DNA of 30,598 nucleotides from Puniceicoccales bacterium (GTDB lineage Bacteria; Verrucomicrobiota; Verrucomicrobiia; Opitutales; JAIRKQ01): NCBI GenBank assembly GCA_031288455.1, contig JAITRI010000023.1, positions 1 to 30,598 of the forward strand, read 5' to 3'. Shown piece by piece: positions 22,607 to 30,598 of this stretch (position 1 is its first letter; each line of letters starts with the position of its first letter). The notes under the pieces were generated by a model. It saw only the letters and a program-made list of their open reading frames with translations, ran no database searches and was not told where the DNA came from. The position numbers and the translations under genes were made by a program.

Positions 22607-23422
22607 TCATTTTCCACCACTCTGCATCCGCTGGCGAAGCACCTCATAGAGGATGATTGCGGCGGCATCGTTGACGTTGAGAGAGTCCGATGTCCCCATC
22701 TGCGGCAGTGAAATTTTCCAGATGGCGTCGTTTTTTAACCAAAAATCAGACAGCCCACCGTGCTCTGATCCGACAACAATCGCGCTGTTGCCGGTGAAAT
22801 CTTCGCCGAAAAAAATATTCCCGGAAGATGGCGTCGCGGCAAAAATGCGCATGGAATTTTTTTTCAAAAATGCCAGCGTTTCATCGGCCGATGCCGTGAA
22901 AATCGGCAGCGAGAAAACTGCACCCTGCGATGCGCGCACAACATTCGGGTTAAAAATGTCAGTCACCGGATCGCACAGTATCAGAGCGTCTGCACCGGCT
23001 GATTCCGCCGATCGCATGATGGCCCCGAGATTTCCTGATTTTTCGATCCCCTCAGCGACAAGCAGCAGCGATGGACTGAAAAGATTGCTCTCCGCAAGAC
23101 CTGTTGGCCAAAATTTCGCCAATCCAATCACTCCATCGCAGTTTTCCCTGCCGCTTATTTTTTCAAACGCGCACTTGCCGATGCGACACGTGGCGATATT
23201 TTTCGCGCGCACGCGTGAGATTAAATCCACCGGCGCATTTTTTTTAAAAAACTCTTCGCAGAAGAAAACTTCATCGATTACTACTCCGCCATCGACCGCA
23301 CGCACCAACTCCCTGACCCCCTCTATGAGGAACATCCCGTAGCGGTCACGTTTTCTGCGATCGCGCAACTTGCACAGAAATTTTATTCTATCATTCTGCC
23401 GGCTGGTGATTATTTCCACCAT
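22607..23422 (-). CDS. TrmH/SpoU-family RNA 2'-O-methyltransferase (with substrate-binding N-domain)
   Basis: Motifs ITSRQNDRIK, FLIEGVREL, EKSGNLGAIMRSAESAG, NPNVVRASQG, VVGSEHGGLS, DSLNVNDAA. An alternative TTG start is at 23428. Confidence 0.92.
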   Translation of the reverse strand: MVEIITSRQNDRIKFLCKLRDRRKRDRYGMFLIEGVRELVRAVDGGVVIDEVFFCEEFFKKNAPVDLISRVRAKNIATCRIGKCAFEKISGRENCDGVIGLAKFWPTGLAESNLFSPSLLLVAEGIEKSGNLGAIMRSAESAGADALILCDPVTDIFNPNVVRASQGAVFSLPIFTASADETLAFLKKNSMRIFAATPSSGNIFFGEDFTGNSAIVVGSEHGGLSDFWLKNDAIWKISLPQMGTSDSLNVNDAAAIILYEVLRQRMQSGGK

Positions 23423-23428
23423 CGGCAA

Positions 23429-24733
23429 CTACCTCTTTTCACCGGCAAAGGCGATCTCGTGGATCTTCTGGAAAACAAACTCCGATGCTCCGCAATTATT
23501 TTTGTGCCACTCCACCAAACTCTTCGCAAGCGATTCTCGTTTTTTTTCATCCTTCGCAAGGGCGCATATCGCGGCGATGGCACGCTCGGAACTATTCACC
23601 CTAATGACGCATTTGCTCCTCTCCAGCGACGCGCAAATGTCGCGAAAATTTGCCATGCCGTCGCCGTAGACGATGGGGATCCCGTTGCACGCGGCATCAA
23701 GCGGAGACTGTCCGCCAACATTCGGCTTCAGGCTTTTCCCTATGAATGCCAAATCGGCAATGGACGTTAGCATCTGCAGTTCTCCGGTGGTATCGACAAG
23801 ACAGACATCAACGGTGGAACTGGCGCTGCCTTTGGACCTCTGGTGCCACTTGACACTCGCCGCCTGCAGAATTCCAATGACATCATTTCGCCTCTCGGAA
23901 TGCCTCGGAACAAGCAATAATTTCCATCGTCCATCCAATTCTTTACATTTTCCAAGCGCCCTTAGAAGCATCTTCTCCTCACCTTCCCACGTCGATGATC
24001 CCAGCAAAATCATGTCATTTGCGCGAAATCCGAGAGATTTTTTTAGTTCCAGCTTGCGTTCATCTTCCAACTGCGGAATTTTGCAGTCAAACTTCATGTT
24101 CCCGGCGATCCTTATGCGATCCGACGGAATCCCAATGCTGGCGCATCTATCCGCTGAGATCTGATCCGATGCTATCACGTGGGAAATTTTCTCCAAAATC
24201 GGGTCCGCCAGTCCGCGCAGCAATTCGTAGCGATTGAACGTTTTGTCGGAAATCCTAGCGTTTACGATGACGACCGGAACATTTCTCCTGTGCGCCTGCC
24301 ACACGTGTTCCGGCCAAATTTCATTCTCCATAAGAATCGCCACGTGCGGGAAAATTTTATTCCACGCCAACCAGCTGAATGGCCAGAAGTCAAACGGGAA
24401 TAGTCCAATGAATAGCGCCCTGTCTCCGTATAGTTTCCTGGCAAGCTCATAGCCGGTGCTGGATGTTGTCGTCAGCACAACCTCATAGGTTCCGGCATTG
24501 GCAAGCAGCGCCATCAGCTTATCGAGCGCTTTGACCTCTCCAACGCTGACCGCTTGTATCCAGAGACGCCTTTTTCCAAATTTTCTCTTGGGCAGCCTTT
24601 TGAACAGCCCAAGGCGAAACTTGAAATCTTTCCCGTAGCCTCCTCTTTTCCTCATGCGCCACAGGTAGTGAAACAGCATGGCGCACAGAAAAGCCGGAAG
24701 AAATAGAAGTCTATAGATGGCAATTGTAATCAT
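23429..24733 (-). CDS. waaA: 3-deoxy-D-manno-octulosonic acid (Kdo) transferase
   Basis: Motifs LWIQAVSVGEV, MENEIWP, VIVNARISD, GNMKFD, LLVPRHSER, DTTGELQ, GGQSPLDAA. Confidence 0.95.
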   Translation of the reverse strand: MITIAIYRLLFLPAFLCAMLFHYLWRMRKRGGYGKDFKFRLGLFKRLPKRKFGKRRLWIQAVSVGEVKALDKLMALLANAGTYEVVLTTTSSTGYELARKLYGDRALFIGLFPFDFWPFSWLAWNKIFPHVAILMENEIWPEHVWQAHRRNVPVVIVNARISDKTFNRYELLRGLADPILEKISHVIASDQISADRCASIGIPSDRIRIAGNMKFDCKIPQLEDERKLELKKSLGFRANDMILLGSSTWEGEEKMLLRALGKCKELDGRWKLLLVPRHSERRNDVIGILQAASVKWHQRSKGSASSTVDVCLVDTTGELQMLTSIADLAFIGKSLKPNVGGQSPLDAACNGIPIVYGDGMANFRDICASLERSKCVIRVNSSERAIAAICALAKDEKKRESLAKSLVEWHKNNCGASEFVFQKIHEIAFAGEKR

Positions 24734-24751
24734 ACTCTGGCTTTGATTTTA

Positions 24752-25876
24752 TCACCCCACACGCAGCGGCATCACGACATACAGAAAGTCCTCCAGCGTT
24801 TTGAACACTCCGGCGCTCAACTCATCCTTAAATTCAAAAAATACTTCATCCTGCGGTAACACCTTCAGCGGATCGCATATGAACACGTAATTGAAGGCAA
24901 TTTCGACGGGCCTCCCGTCGTATACGATGGCGATCTTCTCATTGGCGCTACCGTATTCCTGACTTTCCGCGGAAACCTCCAGGCAATTGCTGCCGAATTT
25001 CAATTTCACCAGATTTTTTTGGTCGCTTGCCACGATCGCAACGCGCTGTATGCACTCCAGCATCAATTGTCTATCAACTTTCACGCGCGCCTCCGTCGTC
25101 TGGGGAATGATTTGGCGAAAATTCGGATAATTTCCCTCGACAGTCTTTGATATGATTTTGATGTCGTCCGTCAGTCCGTCCCTGTTGTCGCTTTTCACGG
25201 CGATGGAAAACACAATCTGCTTGCCGTCGAACGCGAATGAAACGTCGTCGCCCTGCCCAAGTAATCTCTCCACTTCACGCACTGCCCTACTGGGGACAAT
25301 CACGCCCTTCGCCGAATTGGCATTTTCCGGAATTGCTTTGGAGCTTAGGCTCAGGCGCCGGCCATCGGTCGCGGCGAATGTCAATTTCCCGGGTTCAAAG
25401 CAGAAATATACTCCGTTCAGAATGTAGCGATTATCATCCGCCGACTGCGCAAAGGAGACGCTTTTTAGCATTTTTGACATTTCCGACTGTTTCATCGTCA
25501 TCCCATTGGAACGATCCGGGCCGTTCGCTTTTGGGAAATCATCGGCTGGCAGCCCCATTATTTGGAAATTTGACCGATCAGATGAAATTTTCACCCTCGT
25601 GCCTTCCAATTCCACATGCACCGCATTGCCTGGCAAAGAGCGCACTATGGCACCCAATTTCTTAGCCGGCAGTGTGATTTTTCCATCCGCCGCAACGTCC
25701 GCCTTTGCGCTGCAGTGAATCGAAATATCCAAATTTACGGCGGTGAAATTTACTCTGTCGCCGCCGCATTCCAGCAGCACATTGCCAAGAATCGGCATAA
25801 TCGCACGCTGCTCAACGACGCTCAGCACCTGCTGCAGGCCATTGGCAAATGTAGACTTTTCTATGGAAAACTTCAT
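24752..25876 (-). CDS. dnaN: DNA polymerase III beta sliding clamp
   Basis: Motifs MKFSIEK, MPILGNVLL, DDNRYILNGV, AATDGRRL, EGNYPNFRQIIP, LYVVMPLR. Start placed at ATG 25876. Confidence 0.97.
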   Translation of the reverse strand: MKFSIEKSTFANGLQQVLSVVEQRAIMPILGNVLLECGGDRVNFTAVNLDISIHCSAKADVAADGKITLPAKKLGAIVRSLPGNAVHVELEGTRVKISSDRSNFQIMGLPADDFPKANGPDRSNGMTMKQSEMSKMLKSVSFAQSADDNRYILNGVYFCFEPGKLTFAATDGRRLSLSSKAIPENANSAKGVIVPSRAVREVERLLGQGDDVSFAFDGKQIVFSIAVKSDNRDGLTDDIKIISKTVEGNYPNFRQIIPQTTEARVKVDRQLMLECIQRVAIVASDQKNLVKLKFGSNCLEVSAESQEYGSANEKIAIVYDGRPVEIAFNYVFICDPLKVLPQDEVFFEFKDELSAGVFKTLEDFLYVVMPLRVG

Positions 25877-25947
25877 AACAAATAAATCCGAAAGCGAACT
25901 GTGCATGTAATTATTTTTTTGTGGCGAAATGACAAGTAGCATTTCGC

Positions 25948-25956
25948 TGTGGAAAA
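25948..25956 (-). promoter_or_regulatory. Single DnaA-box consensus match in the dnaN/ligA divergent region
   Basis: TGTGGAAAA reverse-complements to TTTTCCACA, which fits TTWTNCACA. Confidence 0.3.
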
Positions 25957-25989
25957 AATTTATTTGCTGCGCAGTGTTATGGCGTAAAC

Positions 25990-28020
25990 ATGAGTACTCT
26001 GCTAAATTCCAGCTTCCTGAGGGCGAAATATGAAAAGTTGCTCGCCGAAATAAATCTGCACGATCGACTATACTACAGGGAACATAGTCCGAAAATTTCC
26101 GATTTCGAATACGATTGCATCAGGGCGGAGGCGGAACGAATACGCCGCCTACTGGAAATTTTTGGCGAAAATGCCAGAGACATTGCCATCGGAGACGATA
26201 GAAGCGGCGGATTCGCATCATTTGCGCATCTGTCGCCGATGATGAGCCTGGCAAATACCTATTCCCGCGGAGAAGTTTTGCGATTTTCCGATCGCCTAGT
26301 GGCCGCCCTCGGCGACCAAAAATTTTCATTCGTTGTCGAACCGAAAATAGACGGCATCGCCATAAATTTAATCTACAGAAACGGGAATTTTTCCCGTGCG
26401 CTGACCCGCGGCAATGGCACCGTTGGAGACGACGTCACGGGCGCCATAGGGACCGTGAAAAATTTGCCACTGTCCATAGAAAATGATGCCGATGCCATCG
26501 AAATTCGCGGTGAGATTTACATCGACGGAGAGACGTTCGAGGCGGTCAACAGGACGCGCGAAGAAAATGGACTCGAACCGTTCGCAAATCCGAGAAATTT
26601 GGCGGCGGGAACGGTCAAAACGCTTGACACGGCTGAGATCGCGTCGCGCAATCTCAAAATAATAGCGTACGCCATTGGCCACTGCTCGGAAAATACAGTG
26701 GGGCTGCAGAGCGAAGCACTCGAATATCTGAAGCGATTGGGATTCCCGTCGCAGGAGAAATACTGGATCGCCGGCGACATCGACGATGCGTGGAAATGCG
26801 TCGAAGAATTGGGAAGCATGCGCGCTGAATTCCCCTATTGGACGGATGGGGCCGTTCTCAAGGTCAACGAGCTGAAGTTTTATGGGACATTGGGCGCCAC
26901 CGCGAAATCTCCACGCTGGGCAATCGCCTATAAATTCGCTCCCGAGCGCGCCGTGACACGCCTGATGGACATTACTCTCCAGGTGGGACGCACGGGAGTC
27001 ATCACTCCGGTGGCGGAACTGGAAACTGTGCAGCTATCGGGAACAAATGTTTCCCGAGCGACACTCCACAACGCCGATGAAATCGCAAATAGGGACATTC
27101 GCATCGGAGATTTTGTCACCGTTGAGAAGGCGGGTGAAATAATTCCGGCCATCGTCGCTGTGGAAATGGAGAGGCGCCCAGCGGACTCCAAGCGGTTCAT
27201 TTTCCCGGAAACGTGTCCGGCGTGCGGCTCCAAGCTGGTGCGATTGAGCGGGGAGGTTGCCTGGCGCTGCCAAAATTCATGCTGTTTGCCGCAGATCAAA
27301 CGGCGCATGGAACATTTCGTCTCGCGGGACGCGATGGACATCGATGGATTCGGCACTTCCGTCATAGAGAAATTGATGGCGGCCAACAAATTAAACAGCA
27401 TCGGCGACATTTATCGGCTGAATTTCGCGGATTTCGATGGTCTGGAGAACTTCGGGGAAAAATCGACGCTGAAAATTTTAAACGCCATCGACGGCAGCAG
27501 AACGCGCCCGCTCTGGAGACTGCTCCATGGACTGGGAATCTTCGGCATCGGCGAGCAAACGGCGAAAGTATTGGCAAAGAAATTTCCGTCCATTGGCGCC
27601 CTAATGGCCGCAGATCCGGCAACGCTGGAGAATTTGAACGGCATCGGCGAGAAATTATCCGCTTCAGTGGTATCATTTTTCCGGGAACCGGGCAATCGGA
27701 AAATTGTGGAAGATCTGCGCGCACTCGGCGTAAATCCAAAAAAAGATCAGCGGCAAATGCACGGCGAAACCGCCGCGCAGTTTTCCGGGAAAATTTTCGC
27801 CATAACCGGCACATTGGCGTCGATGCCGCGGCAGCGGGCGATCGAAATCATAGAAGACTTCGGTGGCCATGTCTCCGATTCCGTGTCAAAAAATACGCAC
27901 GTTCTTGTGGCCGGAGAAGGCGGCGGATCTAAGTTGGACAGAGCAAAAAATCTCGGCGTTAGCATTTGGAACGAGGAGGAATTTTTAAAAAATTCGGAAG
28001 ATGCGCGGCATTTGGCATGA
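25990..28020 (+). CDS. ligA: NAD-dependent DNA ligase
   Basis: Motifs SPMMSLANTY, EPKIDG (adenylated Lys), EIRGEI, FANPRNLAAG, PRWAIAYKF, QVGRTGVITP, zinc finger CPACGS, HhH repeats, C-terminal BRCT. Confidence 0.98.
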   Translation: MSTLLNSSFLRAKYEKLLAEINLHDRLYYREHSPKISDFEYDCIRAEAERIRRLLEIFGENARDIAIGDDRSGGFASFAHLSPMMSLANTYSRGEVLRFSDRLVAALGDQKFSFVVEPKIDGIAINLIYRNGNFSRALTRGNGTVGDDVTGAIGTVKNLPLSIENDADAIEIRGEIYIDGETFEAVNRTREENGLEPFANPRNLAAGTVKTLDTAEIASRNLKIIAYAIGHCSENTVGLQSEALEYLKRLGFPSQEKYWIAGDIDDAWKCVEELGSMRAEFPYWTDGAVLKVNELKFYGTLGATAKSPRWAIAYKFAPERAVTRLMDITLQVGRTGVITPVAELETVQLSGTNVSRATLHNADEIANRDIRIGDFVTVEKAGEIIPAIVAVEMERRPADSKRFIFPETCPACGSKLVRLSGEVAWRCQNSCCLPQIKRRMEHFVSRDAMDIDGFGTSVIEKLMAANKLNSIGDIYRLNFADFDGLENFGEKSTLKILNAIDGSRTRPLWRLLHGLGIFGIGEQTAKVLAKKFPSIGALMAADPATLENLNGIGEKLSASVVSFFREPGNRKIVEDLRALGVNPKKDQRQMHGETAAQFSGKIFAITGTLASMPRQRAIEIIEDFGGHVSDSVSKNTHVLVAGEGGGSKLDRAKNLGVSIWNEEEFLKNSEDARHLA

Positions 28021-28117
28021 AAATTGCTCATTTGATTGTGCCACGAATGGGCGGCAAGCTTCCATCAGGACTTGCAAAATGCTCGGCGATGTGCAAAATA
28101 TAATTCCCTAGTTACAG

Positions 28118-30598
28118 ATGAATTCCATGTTAAATTTGACACCGCGGGCGCAGCAGGTGCTGGCAATGGCACGGCAGGAGGCGGAGCGGTTGGGAAGTCC
28201 CACCATCGGGACGGAACATGTCCTGCTGGCACTCATGCAACTGCCACAGTGCATAGCGATAAGTATTCTGCGGGCAATGGGAGTCGATCTTGGGAAAATT
28301 CGTGCGAAAATAGAACGGCAGGCGTCGGAGGCGCCAGCGCAGCAAAATGTTACCATCGAACTGTCTCCTCTCGTGCAAAAAGTCCTCATCGCAGCCGCCA
28401 AAGAGGCGAGCATGCTGCAGCATCCGTACATCGGAACGGAACATATCCTGCTGGGGATTTTGAAGGAGGATGACGGAGCAGCCGCAAAATTACTGGCGGC
28501 GGCGGGCGCAAAGTTGGAAACCTGCAGACAGGCGATTCTTTCGGCGCTCGATCCAAACTTTGTCGGCACGACCGAAAGCGATGATTCCGACGATGACGAT
28601 TTCCATTTTCACATGGACAAGGGCCACGAGAAGGACGGTCCAGCGGCAAACTCCAAAACCCCGGCACTAAATGCATTCGGGCGCGATTTGACGGAAATGG
28701 CAAAGGAGGGAAAATTGGATCCCGTCATCGGCCGCGAAAAGGAAATCACGCGAGTCCTGCAGATTCTGTGCAGGCGCTCAAAAAATAATCCGGTGCTGGT
28801 GGGAGAAGCCGGGGTCGGCAAAACCGCCATAGCGGAAGGGCTGGCGCAGGCGATAGCATCCGGGAAGGCGCCGGAGGGACTGCTTAGCAAGAGGATAATT
28901 TCGCTGGACATGGCACTCATGCTGGCCGGCACGAAGTATCGCGGGCAATTTGAGGAGCGGCTGAAGGCGGTCATGGACGAAATAAAGCGCGCGAAAAACG
29001 TCATATTATTCATGGATGAGCTGCACACGATTGTCGGCGCCGGGTCATCGGAGGGCTCAATGGACGCCTCAAATATTCTGAAGCCGGCACTGTCACGGGG
29101 GGAAGTGCAGTGCATAGGCGCCACCACACTGGACGAATACAGAAAGCACATAGAAAAAGACAGCGCGCTGGAGCGGAGATTTCAGCCGGTGCAGGTGGAT
29201 GCCCCAAGCGTAGAGGACACGATTCTAATACTGCAGGGCGTAAAGAAAGCATACGAGGAGCACCATTCCGTTAGGTACACCGATGAGGCCATAGAGGAAG
29301 CGGTCAGGCTCTCCGAAAGATATATCCGCGACAGATTTCTGCCGGACAAAGCGATCGATGTCATCGACGAAGCGGGCGCAAAAACGAAAATATCAGCCGC
29401 GGAATCATCTCCAAAACTGGAGCGGTTGCTGAAAAAAATCGAACAGATGCACAGGGAAAAGGATTCCGCCGTGGAGGTGCAGGACTTCGAGAAGGCGGCA
29501 CAGCTGCGGGACGATGAAAAAAAATTATTGGATGAGAAAGCAAAACTCGAACAGCACATAAAAAAGGGCCCAAAATCAAAAATCATCAGCGTCGACGTCG
29601 ACGCCATTCTCTCCGTGATCTCCTCGTGGTCAGGCGTGCCAATCACTCGCCTGGAAAAGAAGGAATCCTCGAAATTGCTGCACTTGGACGATGCGCTAAA
29701 GAATACCGTTATCGGGCAGGACGAGGCCGTCGAAACCATCGCCCGTGCCATTCGGCGTTCCAGGACTGACATGAACGATCCAAATAAGCCGATCGGATCA
29801 TTTCTCTTCCTGGGCCCAACGGGCGTCGGAAAGACATATTTGGCGAAAATGTTGGCGGAACAGATATTTGGCAACAGGGATGCGGTCATCCAGGTGGACA
29901 TGTCCGAGTACATGGAAAAGCATTCCGTTTCCCGCATGGTTGGATCCCCTCCTGGATATGTTGGACACGACGAGGGCGGACAATTGACGGAGAGGATAAG
30001 GCGCAAACCATACTCCGTTGTTCTCTTCGATGAGGTGGAGAAGGCACATCCGGACGTTCTGCAGATCCTGCTGCAGGTACTCGAAGACGGTCACATGACT
30101 GACAGTCAAGGGCGCAGAGTGGACTTTAAGAACACCATACTGATCCTCACCAGCAACGTTGGCGCTGAGATTTTGCAGAGGGACACGTCCCTCGGGTTTG
30201 CGATTGGACAGGACGCCACACAGGATTTCGAAAGGGCGAAGCAATCCATCATCGACGAGGCAAAGAAAACATTCAAGCCGGAATTCATAAATCGGCTGAC
30301 GGACATGGTGGTTTTCAAGCAGCTCGATCACGATTCGCTGCGGAAGATCATCGACATTGAGCTGGAGCGCGTGCGCAAGCGCGCGGCGGACAAGGAAATT
30401 TCCGTGGAGTTCGACGATGGCGCAAAGGAATTCCTCGTGAAAAAGGGATACGATAAGAAATTTGGTGCGCGTCCGCTGAATCGCGCGGTCGAGAAAAATG
30501 TGGAGGACATTCTGGCGGATAAGCTGCTGAACGGCGACATCGCAAGTGGCGCCACTGTGACAGTTTCACACGGCGGCGATGATGATTTTCTGTCGTTA
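28118..30598 (+). CDS. clpC: ATP-dependent Clp protease ATPase subunit ClpC (3'-partial; absent from the ORF track because the stop lies outside the window)
   Basis: MNSMLNLTPRAQQVL with two Clp-N repeats (IGTEH x2), Walker A1 GEAGVGKT, a short UVR/M-domain QDFEKAAQLRD, Walker A2 GPTGVGKT, ClpP-docking loop SLGF and FGARPL. The frame is open to the window end. Confidence 0.96.
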   Translation, partial: MNSMLNLTPRAQQVLAMARQEAERLGSPTIGTEHVLLALMQLPQCIAISILRAMGVDLGKIRAKIERQASEAPAQQNVTIELSPLVQKVLIAAAKEASMLQHPYIGTEHILLGILKEDDGAAAKLLAAAGAKLETCRQAILSALDPNFVGTTESDDSDDDDFHFHMDKGHEKDGPAANSKTPALNAFGRDLTEMAKEGKLDPVIGREKEITRVLQILCRRSKNNPVLVGEAGVGKTAIAEGLAQAIASGKAPEGLLSKRIISLDMALMLAGTKYRGQFEERLKAVMDEIKRAKNVILFMDELHTIVGAGSSEGSMDASNILKPALSRGEVQCIGATTLDEYRKHIEKDSALERRFQPVQVDAPSVEDTILILQGVKKAYEEHHSVRYTDEAIEEAVRLSERYIRDRFLPDKAIDVIDEAGAKTKISAAESSPKLERLLKKIEQMHREKDSAVEVQDFEKAAQLRDDEKKLLDEKAKLEQHIKKGPKSKIISVDVDAILSVISSWSGVPITRLEKKESSKLLHLDDALKNTVIGQDEAVETIARAIRRSRTDMNDPNKPIGSFLFLGPTGVGKTYLAKMLAEQIFGNRDAVIQVDMSEYMEKHSVSRMVGSPPGYVGHDEGGQLTERIRRKPYSVVLFDEVEKAHPDVLQILLQVLEDGHMTDSQGRRVDFKNTILILTSNVGAEILQRDTSLGFAIGQDATQDFERAKQSIIDEAKKTFKPEFINRLTDMVVFKQLDHDSLRKIIDIELERVRKRAADKEISVEFDDGAKEFLVKKGYDKKFGARPLNRAVEKNVEDILADKLLNGDIASGATVTVSHGGDDDFLSL

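Noticed and set aside
25877-25989. oriC next to dnaN
   Set aside because: The region is only ~110 bp with one consensus DnaA box, no dnaA gene and no DUE-like repeats.

Overview
Chromosomal window from a Gram-negative PVC bacterium, most likely Verrucomicrobiota. This is inferred from the 52-aa PVC signature small basic protein, a Verru_Chthon-type PilX-like giant protein, lpxI/waaA and a stand-alone zinc-free rpsR. Most of the window is housekeeping: LMW phosphatase-rpiB-malQ-like, glyA, mutS-dimeric dUTPase-rpsR-sua5, dnaN-waaA-trmH-family-lpxI, ligA, and clpC running off the right edge. The most striking item is an AT-richer minus-strand locus (8356->4319). Two track ORFs (997 aa and 326 aa) lie in the same frame there, separated by a single TGA. 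Together they encode one ~1345-aa effector-like protein whose atypical (PI3/PI4K-, HipA/CtkA-like) kinase domain appears to straddle the stop, and a perfect 8-bp hairpin starts 11 nt after that UGA. Second, six copies of a double-hairpin intergenic element sit at three loci, in modular arrays with nested 24-27-nt sub-repeats and permuted module order. Also notable: a GH77 MalQ lacking its catalytic motifs, an orphan truncated NuoN-like protein, and a LysM lipoprotein whose signal peptide has no canonical in-frame start. No tRNA, rRNA, CRISPR array or transposase was seen. All family assignments come from motif recognition by eye, not database searches.
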